Shown one piece after another: positions 1 to 15,000 of a DNA stretch of 64,000 nt. Under the pieces are notes generated by a model. It ran no database searches and had not been told where the DNA came from. It saw nothing but the letters and a program-made list of their open reading frames with translations. A program made the translations under genes and the position numbers. Position 1 is the first letter of the stretch. Every line of letters begins with the position of its first letter. The DNA is from Nemertoderma westbladi (taxonomy: Eukaryota > Animalia > Xenacoelomorpha): contig JAUCBJ010007484.1 in the NCBI GenBank assembly GCA_032718475.1, forward strand, positions 62,001-126,000. Reading direction: 5' to 3'.

Positions 1-3000
1 AGGGTGTATGATTGTAGGATGTAGTATGTTTGAGTGTAGACTTTAGAACCATAACAGGATGTATGATTGTAGGATGTATGTTTGAGTGTAGACTTTAGAA
101 CTATAACAGGGTGTATGATTGTAGGAAGTATGTTTGAGTGTAGTCTTTAGAACCATAACAGGGTGTATGATTGTAGGATGTATGTTTGAGTGTAGACTTT
201 AGAACCATAACAGGGTGTATGATTGTAGGATGTATGTTTGAGTGTAGTCTTTAGAACCATAACAGGGTGTATGATTGTAGGAAGTATGTTTGAGTGTAGT
301 CTTTAGAACCATAACAGGGTGTATGATTGTAGGATGTATGTTTGAGTGTAGACTTTAGAACCATAACAGGGTGTATGATTGTAGGAAGTATGTTTGAGTG
401 TAGTCTTTAGAACCATAACAGGGTGTATGATTGTAGGATGTATGTTTGAGTGTAGTCTTTAGAACCATAACAGGGTGTATGATTGTAGGATGTAGTATGT
501 TTGAGTGTAGACTTTAGAACCATAACAGGATGTATGATTGTAGGATGTATGTTTGAGTGTAGACTTTAGAACTATAACAGGGTGTATGATTGTAGGATGT
601 ATGTTTGAGTGTAGTCTTTAGAACCATAACAGGGTGTATGATTGTAGGATGTAGTATGTTTGAGTGTAGACTTTAGAACCATAACAGGGTGTATGGTTGT
701 AGGATGTAGTATGTTTGAGTGTAGACTTTAGAACCATAACAGGGTGAATGATTGTAGGATGTAGTATGTTTGAGTGTAGACTTTAGAACCATAACAGGGT
801 GTATGATTGTAGGATGTAGTATGTTTGAGTGTAGACTTTAGAACCATAACAGGGTGTATGATTGTAGGATGTAGTATGTTTGAGTGTAGACTTTAGAACC
901 ATAACAGGATGTATGATTGTAGGATGTAGTATGTTTGAGTGTAGACTTTAGAACCATAACAGGGTGTATGATTGTAGGATGTAGTATGTTTGAGTGTAGA
1001 CTTTAGAACCATAACAGGGTGTATGATTGTAGGATGTAGTATGTTTGAGTGTAGACTTTAGAACCATAACAGGATGTATGATTGTAGATTGTAGGATGTA
1101 TGTTTGAGTGTAGACTTTAGAACCATAACAGGGTGTATGATTGTAGGAAGTATGTTTGAGTGTAGACTTTAGAACCATAACAGGGTGTATGATTATAGGA
1201 TGTATGTTTGAGTGTAGACTTTAGAACCATAACAGGGTGTATGATTGTAGGAAGTATGTTTGAGTGTAGACTTTAGAACCATAACAGGGTGTATGATTAT
1301 AGGATGTATGTTTGAGTGTAGACTTTAGAACCATAACAGGGTGTATGATTGTAGGAAGTATGTTTGAGTGTAGTCTTTAGAACCATAACAGGGTGTATGA
1401 TTGTAGGATGTAGTATGTTTGAGTGTAGACTTTAGAACCATAACAGGATGTATGATTGTAGATTGTAGGATGTATGTTTGAGTGTAGACTTTAGAACCAT
1501 AACAGGGTGTATGATTGTAGGAAGTATGTTTGAGTGTAGTCTTTAGAACCATAACAGGGTGTATGATTGTAGGATGTATGTTTGAGTGTAGTCTTTAGAA
1601 CCATAACAGGGTGTATGATTGTAGGATGTAGTATGTTTGAGTGTAGACTTTAGAACCATAACAGGATGTATGATTGTAGGATGTATGTTTGAGTGTAGAC
1701 TTTAGAACTATAACAGGGTGTATGATTGTAGGATGTATGTTTGAGTGTAGTCTTTAGAACCATAACAGGGTGTATGATTGTAGGATGTAGTATGTTTGAG
1801 TGTAGACTTTAGAACCATAACAGGGTGTATGATTGTAGGATGTAGTATGTTTGAGTGTAGACTTTAGAACCATAACAGGATGTATGATTGTAGGATGTAG
1901 TATGTTTGAGTGTAGACTTTAGAACCATAACAGGGTGTATGATTGTAGGATGTAGTATGTTTGAGTGTAGACTTTAGAACCATAACAGGGTGTATGATTG
2001 TAGGATGTAGTATGTTTGAGTGTAGACTTTAGAACCATAACAGGGTGTATGATTGTAGGAAGTATGTTTGAGTGTAGTCTTTAGAACCATAACAGGGTGT
2101 ATGATTGTAGGATGTATGTTTGAGTGTAGTCTTTAGAACCATAACAGGGTGTATGATTGTAGGATGTAGTATGTTTGAGTGTAGACTTTAGAACCATAAC
2201 AGGGTGTATGATTGTAGGATGTATGTTTGAGTGTAGACTTTAGAACCATAACAGGGTATATGATTGTAGGAAGTATGTTTGAGTGTAGTCTTTAGAACCA
2301 TAACAGGGTGTATGATTGTAGGATGTAGTATGTTTGAGTGTAGACTTTAGAACCATAACAGGGTGTATGATTGTAGGATGTATGTTTGAGTGTAGACTTT
2401 AGAACCATAACAGGGTGTATGATTGTAGGATGTAGTATGTTTGAGTGTAGACTTTAGAACCATAACAGGGTATATGATTGTAGGAAGTATGTTTGAGTGT
2501 AGTCTTTAGAACCATAACAGGGTGTATGATTGTAGGATGTAGTATGTTTGAGTGTAGACTTTAGAACCATAACAGGGTGTATGATTGTAGGATGTATGTT
2601 TGAGTGTAGACTTTAGAACCATAACAGGGTGTATGATTGTAGGATGTAGTATGTTTGAGTGTAGACTTTAGAACCATAACAGGATGTATGATTGTAGGAT
2701 GTATGTTTGAGTGTAGACTTTAGAACCATAACAGGATGTATGATTGTAGGATGTATGTTTGAGTGTAGACTTTAGAACCATAACAGGGTGTATGATTGTA
2801 GGATGTAGTATGTTTGAGTGTAGACTTTAGAACCATAACAGGATGTATGATTGTAGGATGTATGTTTGAGTGTAGACTTTAGAACCATAACAGGATGTAT
2901 GATTGTAGGATGTATGTTTGAGTGTAGTCTTTAGAACCATAACAGGGTGTATGATTGTAGGATGTAGTATGTTTGAGTGTAGACTTTAGAACCATAACAG

Positions 3001-6000
3001 GGTGTATGATTGTAGGATGTATGTTTGAGTGTAGACTTTAGAACCATAACAGGATGTATGATTGTAGGATGTATGTTTGAGTGTAGACTTTAGAACCATA
3101 ACAGGATGTATGATTGTAGGATGTATGTTTGAGTGTAGACTTTAGAACCATAACAGGGTGTATGATTGTAGGATGTATGTTTGAGTGTAGACTTTAGAAC
3201 CATAACAGGGTGTATGATTGTAGGATGTAGTATGTTTGAGTGTAGACTTTAGAACCATAACAGGGTGTATGATTGTAGGATGTATGTTTGAGTGTAGACT
3301 TTAGAACCATAACAGGGTGTATGATTGTAGGATGTAGTATGTTTGAGTGTAGACTTTAGAACCATAACAGGATGTATGATTGTAGGATGTAGTATGTTTG
3401 AGTGTAGACTTTAGAACCATAACAGGGTGTATGATTGTAGGATGTAGTATGTTTGAGTGTAGACTTTAGAACCATAACAGGGTGTATGATTGTAGGAAGT
3501 ATGTTTGAGTGTAGTCTTTAGAACCATAACAGGGTGTATGATTGTAGGAAGTATGTTTGAGTGTAGACTTTAGAACCATAACAGGGTGTATGATTGTAGG
3601 ATGTAGTATGTTTGAGTGTAGACTTTAGAACCATAACAGGGTGTATGATTGTAGGATGTATGTTTGAGTGTAGACTTTAGAACCATAACAGGGTGTATGA
3701 TTGTAGGATGTATGTTTGAGTGTAGTCTTTAGAACCATAACAGGGTGTATGATTGTAGGATGTAGTATGTTTGAGTGTAGACTTTAGAACCATAACAGGG
3801 TGTATGATTGTAGGAAGTATGTTTGAGTGTAGTCTTTAGAACCATAACAGGGTGTATGATTGTAGGAAGTATGTTTGAGTGTAGACTTTAGAACCATAAC
3901 AGGGTGTATGATTGTAGGATGTAGTATGTTTGAGTGTAGACTTTAGAACCATAACAGGGTGTATGATTGTAGGAAGTATGTTTGAGTGTAGTCTTTAGAA
4001 CCATAACAGGGTGTATGATTGTAGGAAGTATGTTTGAGTGTAGACTTTAGAACCATAACAGTGTGTATGATTGTAGGATGTAGTATGTTTGAGTGTAGAC
4101 TTTAGAACCATAACAGGGTGTATGATTGTAGGATGTATGTTTGAGTGTAGACTTTAGAACCATAACAGGATGAATGATTGTAGGAAGTATGTTTGAGTGT
4201 AGACTTTAGAACCATAACAGGGTGTATGATTGTAGGATGTAGTATGTTTGAGTGTAGACTTTAGAACCATAACAGGGTGTATGATTGTAGGATGTAGTAT
4301 GTTTGAGTGTAGACTTTAGAACCATAACAGGATGTATGATTGTAGGATGTATGTTTGAGTGTAGACTTTAGAACCATAACAGGGTGTATGATTGTAGGAA
4401 GTATGTTTGAGTGTAGACTTTAGAACCATAACAGGGTGTATGATTGTAGGATGTAGTATGTTTGAGTGTAGACTTTAGAACCATAACAGGGTGTATGATT
4501 GTAGGATGTATGTTTGAGTGTAGACTTTAGAACCATAACAGGGTGTATGATTGTAGGATGTAGTATGTTTGAGTGTAGACTTTAGAACCATAACAGGGTG
4601 TATGATTGTAGGATGTAGTATGTTTGAGTGTAGACTTTAGAACCATAACAGGATGTATGATTGTAGGATGTATGTTTGAGTGTAGACTTTAGAACCATAA
4701 CAGGGTGTATGATTGTAGGAAGTATGTTTGAGTGTAGACTTTAGAACCATAACAGGGTGTATGATTGTAGGATGTAGTATGTTTGAGTGTAGACTTTAGA
4801 ACCATAACAGGGTGTATGATTGTAGGATGTATGTTTGAGTGTAGACTTTAGAACCATAACAGGGTGTATGATTGTAGGATGTAGTATGTTTGAGTGTAGA
4901 CTTTAGAACCATAACAGGGTGTATGATTGTAGGATGTAGTATGTTTGAGTGTAGACTTTAGAACCATAACAGGATGTATGATTGTAGGATGTATGTTTGA
5001 GTGTAGACTTTAGAACCATAACAGGATGTATGATTGTAGGAAGTATGTTTGAGTGTAGTCTTTAGAACCATAACAGGGTGTATGATTGTAGGATGTATAT
5101 TTGAGTGTAGTCTTTAGAACCATAACAGGGTGTATGATTGTAGGATGTAGTATGTTTGAGTGTAGACTTTAGAACCATAACAGGGTGTATGATTGTAGGA
5201 TGTATGTTTGAGTGTAGACTTTAGAACCATAACAGGGTGTATGATTGTAGGATGTATGTTTGAGTGTAGACTTTAGAACCATAACAGGGTGTATGATTGT
5301 AGGATGTAGTATGTTTGAGTGTAGACTTTAGAACCATAACAGGGTGTATGATTGTAGGATGTATGTTTGAGTGTAGACTTTAGAACCATAACAGGGTGTA
5401 TGATTGTAGGATGTATGTTTGAGTGTAGACTTTAGAACCATAACAGGGTGTATGATTGTAGGATGTAGTATGTTTGAGTGTAGACTTTAGAACCATAACA
5501 GGGTGTATGATTGTAGGAAGTAGTATGTTTGAGTGTAGACTTTAGAACCATAACAGGGTGTATGATTGTAGGATGTATGTTTGAGTGTAGACTTTAGAAC
5601 CATAACAGGATGTATGATTGTAGGATGTAGTATGTTTGAGTGTAGACTTTAGAACCATAACAGGGTGTATGATTGTAGGATGTATGTTTGAGTGTAGACT
5701 TTAGAACCATAACAGGATGTATGATTGTAGGATGTAGTATGTTTGAGTGTAGACTTTAGAACCATAACAGGATGTATGATTGTAGGATGTAGTATGTTTG
5801 AGTGTAGACTTTAGAACCATAACAGGGTGTATGATTGTAGGATGTATGTTTGAGTGTAGACTTTAGAACCATAACAGGGTGTATGATTGTAGGATGTAGT
5901 ATGTTTGAGTGTAGACTTTAGAACCATAACAGGATGTATGATTGTAGGATGTAGTATGTTTGAGTGTAGACTTTAGAACCATAACAGGGTGTATGATTGT

Positions 6001-9000
6001 AGGATGTAGTATGTTTGAGTGTAGACTTTAGAACCATAACAGGGTGTATGATTGTAGGATGTATGTTTGAGTGTAGACTTTAGAACCATAACAGGATGTA
6101 TGATTGTAGGATGTAGTATGTTTGAGTGTAGACTTTAGAACCATAACAGGGTGTATGATTGTAGGATGTATGTTTGAGTGTAGACTTTAGAACCATAACA
6201 GGATGTATGATTGTAGGATGTAGTATGTTTGAGTGTAGACTTTAGAACCATAACAGGATGTATGATTGTAGGATGTATGTTTGAGTGTAGACTTTAGAAC
6301 CATAACAGGATGTATGATTGTAGGATGTAGTATGTTTGAGTGTAGACTTTAGAACCATAACAGGATGTATGATTGTAGGATGTATGTTTGAGTGTAGACT
6401 TTAGAACCATAACAGGATGTATGATTGTAGGATGTAGTATGTTTGAGTGTAGACTTTAGAACCATAACAGGATGTATGATTGTAGGATGTATGTTTGAGT
6501 GTAGACTTTAGAACCATAACAGGATGTATGATTGTAGGATGTAGTATGTTTGAGTGTAGACTTTAGAACCATAACAGGATGTATGATTGTAGGATGTAGT
6601 ATGTTTGAGTGTAGACTTTAGAACCATAACAGGGTGTATGATTGTAGGATGTATGTTTGAGTGTAGACTTTAGAACCATAACAGGGTGTATGATTGTAGG
6701 ATGTAGTATGTTTGAGTGTAGACTTTAGAACCATAACAGGATGTATGATTGTAGGATGTAGTATGTTTGAGTGTAGACTTTAGAACCATAACAGGGTGTA
6801 TGATTGTAGGATGTAGTATGTTTGAGTGTAGACTTTAGAACCATAACAGGGTGTATGATTGTAGGAAGTATGTTTGAGTGTAGACTTTAGAACCATAACA
6901 GGGTGTATGATTGTAGGAAGTATGTTTGAGTGTAGACTTTAGAACCATAACAGGGTGTATGATTGTAGGATGTATGTTTGAGTGTAGTCTTTAGAACCAT
7001 AACAGGGTGTATGATTGTAGGAAGTATGTTTGAGTGTAGACTTTAGAACCATAACAGGGTGTATGATTGTAGGAAGTATGTTTGAGTGTAGACTTTAGAA
7101 CCATAACAGGGTGTATGATTGTAGGATGTATGTTTGAGTGTAGACTTTAGAACCATAACAGGATGTATGATTGTAGGATGTAGTATGTTTGAGTGTAGAC
7201 TTTAGAACCATAACAGGGTGTATGATTGTAGGATGTATGTTTGAGTGTAGACTTTAGAACCATAACAGGGTGTATGATTGTAGGATGTAGTATGTTTGAG
7301 TGTAGACTTTAGAACCATAACAGGATGTATGATTGTAGGATGTAGTATGTTTGAGTGTAGACTTTAGAACCATAACAGGGTGTATGATTGTAGGATGTAG
7401 TATGTTTGAGTGTAGACTTTAGAACCATAACAGGGTGTATGATTGTAGGATGTAGTATGTTTGAGTGTAGACTTTAGAACCATAACAGGATGTATGATTG
7501 TAGGATGTAGTATGTTTGAGTGTAGACTTTAGAACCATAACAGGGTGTATGATTGTAGGATGTAGTATGTTTGAGTGTAGACTTTAGAACCATAACAGGG
7601 TGTATGATTGTAGGATGTAGTATGTTTGAGTGTAGACTTTAGAACCATAACAGGATGTATGATTGTAGGATGTAGTATGTTTGAGTGTAGACTTTAGAAC
7701 CATAACAGGGTGTATGATTGTAGGATGTATGTTTGAGTGTAGACTTTAGAACCATAACAGGGTGTATGATTGTAGGATGTAGTATGTTTGAGTGTAGACT
7801 TTAGAACCATAACAGGATGTATGATTGTAGGATGTAGTATGTTTGAGTGTAGACTTTAGAACCATAACAGGATGTATGATTGTAGGATGTAGTATGTTTG
7901 AGTGTAGACTTTAGAACCATAACAGGGTGTATGATTGTAGGATGTAGTATGTTTGAGTGTAGACTTTAGAACCATAACAGGGTGTATGATTGTAGGATGT
8001 ATGTTTGAGTGTAGACTTTAGAACCATAACAGGGTGTATGATTGTAGGATGTAGTATGTTTGAGTGTAGACTTTAGAACCATAACAGGATGTATGATTGT
8101 AGGATGTATGTTTGAGTGTAGACTTTAGAACCATAACAGGGTGTATGATTGTAGGATGTAGTATGTTTGAGTGTAGACTTTAGAACCATAACAGGGTGTA
8201 TGATTGTAGGATGTAGTATGTTTGAGTGTAGACTTTAGAACCATAACAGGGTGTATGATTGTAGGATGTATGTTTGAGTGTAGACTTTAGAACCATAACA
8301 GGGTGTATGATTGTAGGATGTAGTATGTTTGAGTGTAGACTTTAGAACCATAACAGGATGTATGATTGTAGGATGTAGTATGTTTGAGTGTAGACTTTAG
8401 AACCATAACAGGATGTATGATTGTAGGATGTAGTATGTTTGAGTGTAGACTTTAGAACCATAACAGGGTGTATGATTGTAGGATGTATGTTTGAGTGTAG
8501 TCTTTAGAACCATAACAGGGTGTATGATTGTAGGAAGTATGTTTGAGTGTAGACTTTAGAACCATAACAGGGTGTATGATTGTAGGATGTAGTATGTTTG
8601 AGTGTAGACTTTAGAACCATAACAGGGTGTATGATTGTAGGATGTATGTTTGAGTGTAGTCTTTAGAACCATAACAGGGTGTATGATTGTAGGATGTAGT
8701 ATGTTTGAGTGTAGACTTTAGAACCATAACAGGGTGTATGATTGTAGGATGTATGTTTGAGTGTAGTCTTTAGAACCATAACAGGGTGTATGATTGTAGG
8801 AAGTATGTTTGAGTGTAGTCTTTAGAACCATAACAGGATGTATGATTGTAGGATGTAGTATGTTTGAGTGTAGACTTTAGAACCATAACAGGATGTATGA
8901 TTGTAGGATGTAGTATGTTTGAGTGTAGACTTTAGAACCATAACAGGGTGTATGATTGTAGGATGTATGTTTGAGTGTAGTCTTTAGAACCATAACAGGG

Positions 9001-12000
9001 TGTATGATTGTAGGAAGTATGTTTGAGTGTAGACTTTAGAACCATAACAGGGTGTATGATTGTAGGATGTATGTTTGAGTGTAGTCTTTAGAACCATAAC
9101 AGGGTGTATGATTGTAGGATGTATGTTTGAGTGTAGTCTTTAGAACCATAACAGGGTGTATGATTGTAGGATGTAGTATGTTTGAGTGTAGACTTTAGAA
9201 CCATAACAGGGTGTATGATTGTAGGATGTATGTTTGAGTGTAGACTTTAGAACCATAACAGGGTGTATGATTGTAGGATGTAGTATGTTTGAGTGTAGAC
9301 TTTAGAACCATAACAGGGTGTATGATTGTAGGATGTAGTATGTTTGAGTGTAGACTTTAGAACCATAACAGGGTGTATGATTGTAGGATGTAGTATGTTT
9401 GAGTGTAGACTTTAGAACCATAACAGGGTGTATGATTGTAGGATGTAGTATGTTTGAGTGTAGACTTTAGAACCATAACAGGATGTATGATTGTAGGATG
9501 TATGTTTGAGTGTAGACTTTAGAACCATAACAGGGTGTATGATTGTAGGATGTAGTATGTTTGAGTGTAGACTTTAGAACCATAACAGGGTGTATGATTG
9601 TAGGATGTAGTATGTTTGAGTGTAGACTTTAGAACCATAACAGGGTGTATGATTGTAGGATGTAGTATGTTTGAGTGTAGACTTTAGAACCATAACAGGA
9701 TGTATGATTGTAGGATGTATGTTTGAGTGTAGACTTTAGAACCATAACAGGATGTATGATTGTAGGATGTATGTATGAGTGTAGACTTTAGAACCATAAC
9801 AGGGTGTATGATTGTAGGATGTATGTTTGAGTGTAGACTTTAGAACCATAACAGGGTGTATGATTGTAGGATGTATGTTTGAGTGTAGACTTTAGAACCA
9901 TAACAGGGTGTATGATTGTAGGATGTAGTATGTTTGAGTGTAGACTTTAGAACCATAACAGGGTGTATGATTGTAGATTGTAGGATGTATGTTTGAGTGT
10001 AGACTTTAGAACCATAACAGGGTGTATGATTGTAGGATGTAGTATGTTTGAGTGTAGACTTTAGAACCATAACAGGGTGTATGATTGTAGGAAGTATGTT
10101 TGAGTGTAGTCTTTAGAACCATAACAGGGTGTATGATTGTAGGATGTATGTTTGAGTGTAGTCTTTAGAACCATAACAGCGTGTATGATTGTAGGATGTA
10201 GTATGTTTGAGTGTAGACTTTAGAACCATAACAGGGTGTATGATTGTAGGATGTAGTATGTTTGAGTGTAGACTTTAGAACCATAACAGGGTGTATGATT
10301 GTAGATTGTAGGATGTATGTTTGAGTGTAGACTTTAGAACCATAACAGGATGTATGATTGTAGGATGTATGTATGAGTGTAGACTTTAGAACCATAACAG
10401 GGTGTATGATTGTAGGATGTATGTTTGAGTGTAGACTTTAGAACCATAACAGGGTGTATGATTGTAGGATGTAGTATGTTTGAGTGTAGACTTTAGAACC
10501 ATAACAGGGTGTATGATTGTAGATTGTAGGATGTATGTTTGAGTGTAGACTTTAGAACCATAACAGGATGTATGATTGTAGGATGTAGTATGTTTGAGTG
10601 TAGACTTTAGAACCATAACAGGGTGTATGATTGTAGGAAGTATGTTTGAGTGTAGTCTTTAGAACCATAACAGGGTGTATGATTGTAGGATGTATGTTTG
10701 AGTGTAGTCTTTAGAACCATAACAGGGTGTATGATTGTAGGATGTAGTATGTTTGAGTGTAGACTTTAGAACCATAACAGGGTGTATGATTGTAGGATGT
10801 AGTATGTTTGAGTGTAGACTTTAGAACCATAACAGGGTGTATGATTGTAGGATGTATGTTTGAGTGTAGACTTTAGAACCATAACAGGGTGTATGATTGT
10901 AGGATGTATGTTTGAGTGTAGACTTTAGAACCATAACAGGATGTATGATTGTAGGATGTAGTATGTTTGAGTGTAGACTTTAGAACCATAACAGGGTGTA
11001 TGATTGTAGGATGTAGTATGTTTGAGTGTAGACTTTAGAACCATAACAGGGTGTATGATTGTAGGAAGTATGTATGAGTGTAGACTTTAGAACCATAACA
11101 GGGTGTATGATTGTAGGATGTATGTTTGAGTGTAGACTTTAGAACCATAACAGGGTGTATGATTGTAGGATGTAGTATGTTTGAGTGTAGACTTTAGAAC
11201 CATAACAGGGTGTATGATTGTAGGATGTAGTATGTTTGAGTGTAGAATTTAGAACCATAACAGGATGTATGATTGTAGGATGTAGTATGTTTGAGTGTAG
11301 ACTTTAGAACCATAACAGGGTGTATGATTGTAGGAAGTATGTTTGAGTGTAGACTTTAGAACCATAACAGGATGTATGATTGTAGGATGTATGTTTGAGT
11401 GTAGACTTTAGAACCATAACAGGATGTATGATTGTAGGATGTAGTATGTATGTTTGAGTGTAGACTTTAGAACCATAACAGGGTGAATGATTGTAGGATG
11501 TATGTTTGAGTGTAGACTTTAGAACCATAACAGGGTGTATGATTGTAGGATGTATGTTTGAGTGTAGACTTTAGAACCATAACAGGATGTATGATTGTAG
11601 GATGTATGTTTGAGTGTAGACTTTAGAACCATAACAGGGTGTATGATTGTAGGATGTAGTATGTTTGAGTGTAGACTTTAGAACCATAACAGGGTGTATG
11701 ATTGTAGGATGTAGTATGTTTGAGTGTAGACTTTAGAACCATAACAGGGTGTATGATTGTAGGATGTAGTATGTTTGAGTGTAGACTTTAGAACCATAAC
11801 AGGGTGTATGATTGTAGGATGTAGTATGTTTGAGTGTAGACTTTAGAACCATAACAGGGTGTATGATTGTAGGATGTAGTATGTTTGAGTGTAGACTTTA
11901 GAACCATAACAGGGTGTATGATTGTAGGAAGTATGTTTGAGTGTAGACTTTAGAACCATAACAGGATGTATGATTGTAGGATGTATGTTTGAGTGTAGAC

Positions 12001-15000
12001 TTTAGAACCATAACAGGATGTATGATTGTAGGAAGTATGTTTGAGTGTAGACTTTAGAACCATAACAGGATGTATGATTGTAGGATGTATGTTTGAGTGT
12101 AGACTTTAGAACCATAACAGGATGTATGATTGTAGGAAGTATGTTTGAGTGTAGACTTTAGAACCATAACAGGATGTATGATTGTAGGAAGTATGTTTGA
12201 GTGTAGACTTTAGAACCATAACAGGATGTATGATTGTAGGAAGTATGTTTGAGTGTAGACTTTAGAACCATAACAGGATGTATGATTGTAGGATGTATGT
12301 TTGAGTGTAGACTTTAGAACCATAACAGGATGTATGATTGTAGGAAGTATGTTTGAGTGTAGACTTTAGAACCATAACAGGATGTATGATTGTAGGATGT
12401 ATGTTTGAGTGTAGACTTTAGAACCATAACAGGGTGTATGATTGTAGGATGTATGTTTGAGTGTAGACTTTAGAACCATAACAGGGTGTATGATTGTAGG
12501 ATGTATGTTTGAGTGTAGACTTTAGAACCATAACAGGGTTTATGATTGTAGGAAGTATGTTTGAGTGTAGACTTTAGAACCATAACAGGATGTATGATTG
12601 TAGGATGTATGTTTGAGTGTAGTCTTTAGAACCATAACAGGGTGTATGATTGTAGGATGTATGTTTGAGTGTAGACTTTAGAACCATAACAGGGTGTATG
12701 ATTGTAGGATGTAGTATGTTTGAGTGTAGACTTTAGAACCATAACAGGGTGTATGATTGTAGGATGTATGTTTGAGTGTAGACTTTAGAACCATAACAGG
12801 GTGTATGATTGTAGGATGTAGTATGTTTGAGTGTAGACTTTAGAACCATAACAGGATGTATGATTGTAGGATGTAGTATGTTTGAGTGTAGACTTTAGAA
12901 CCATAACAGGGTGTATGATTGTAGGATGTAGTATGTTTGAGTGTAGACTTTAGAACCATAACAGGATGTATGATTGTAGGATGTATGTTTGAGTGTAGAC
13001 TTTAGAACCATAACAGGGTGTATGATTGTAGGATGTAGTATGTTTGAGTGTAGACTTTAGAACCATAACAGGATGTATGATTGTAGGATGTAGTATGTTT
13101 GAGTGTAGACTTTAGAACCATAACAGGGTGTATGATTGTAGGATGTAGTATGTTTGAGTGTAGACTTTAGAACCATAACAGGATGTATGATTGTAGGATG
13201 TATGTTTGAGTGTAGTCTTTAGAACCATAACAGGGTGTATGATTGTAGGATGTATGTTTGAGTGTAGACTTTAGAACCATAACAGGGTGTATGATTGTAG
13301 GATGTATGTTTGAGTGTAGACTTTAGAACCATAACAGGGTTTATGATTGTAGGAAGTATGTTTGAGTGTAGACTTTAGAACCATAACAGGGTGTATGATT
13401 GTAGGATGTATGTTTGAGTGTAGACTTTAGAACCATAACAGGGTTTATGATTGTAGGAAGTATGTTTGAGTGTAGACTTTAGAACCATAACAGGATGTAT
13501 GATTGTAGGATGTATGTTTGAGTGTAGTCTTTAGAACCATAACAGGGTGTATGATTGTAGGATGTATGTTTGAGTGTAGACTTTAGAACCATAACAGGAT
13601 GTATGATTGTAGGATGTAGTATGTTTGAGTGTAGACTTTAGAACCATAACAGGGTGTATGATTGTAGGATGTAGTATGTTTGAGTGTAGACTTTAGAACC
13701 ATAACAGGATGTATGATTGTAGGATGTATGTTTGAGTGTAGACTTTAGAACCATAACAGGGTGTATGATTGTAGGATGTAGTATGTTTGAGTGTAGACTT
13801 TAGAACCATAACAGGATGTATGATTGTAGGATGTAGTATGTTTGAGTGTAGACTTTAGAACCATAACAGGGTGTATGATTGTAGGATGTAGTATGTTTGA
13901 GTGTAGACTTTAGAACCATAACAGGATGTATGATTGTAGGATGTATGTTTGAGTGTAGTCTTTAGAACCATAACAGGGTGTATGATTGTAGGATGTATGT
14001 TTGAGTGTAGACTTTAGAACCATAACAGGGTGTATGATTGTAGGATGTATGTTTGAGTGTAGACTTTAGAACCATAACAGGGTTTATGATTGTAGGAAGT
14101 ATGTTTGAGTGTAGACTTTAGAACCATAACAGGATGTATGATTGTAGGATGTATGTTTGAGTGTAGTCTTTAGAACCATAACAGGGTGTATGATTGTAGG
14201 ATGTATGTTTGAGTGTAGACTTTAGAACCATAACAGGGTTTATGATTGTAGGAAGTATGTTTGAGTGTAGACTTTAGAACCATAACAGGGTGTATGATTG
14301 TAGGATGTAGTATGTTTGAGTGTAGACTTTAGAACCATAACAGGATGTATGATTGTAGGATGTATGTTTGAGTGTAGACTTTAGAACCATAACAGGGTGT
14401 ATGATTGTAGGATGTAGTATGTTTGAGTGTAGACTTTAGAACCATAACAGGATGTATGATTGTAGGATGTAGTATGTTTGAGTGTAGACTTTAGAACCAT
14501 AACAGGGTGTATGATTGTAGGATGTAGTATGTTTGAGTGTAGACTTTAGAACCATAACAGGGTGTATGATTGTAGGATGTAGTATGTTTGAGTGTAGACT
14601 TTAGAACCATAACAGGGTGTATGATTGTAGGAAGTATGTTTGAGTGTAGACTTTAGAACCATAACAGGATGTATGATTGTAGGATGTATGTTTGAGTGTA
14701 GACTTTAGAACCATAACAGGGTGTATGATTGTAGGATGTATGTTTGAGTGTAGACTTTAGAACCATAACAGGATGTATGATTGTAGGATGTAGTATGTAT
14801 GTTTGAGTGTAGACTTTAGAACCATAACAGGGTGTATGATTGTAGAATGTATGTTTGAGTGTAGACTTTAGAACCATAACAGGGTGTATGATTGTAGGAA
14901 GTATGTTTGAGTGTAGACTTTAGAACCATAACAGGATGTATGATTGTAGGATGTATGTTTGAGTGTAGTCTTTAGAACCATAACAGGGTGTATGATTGTA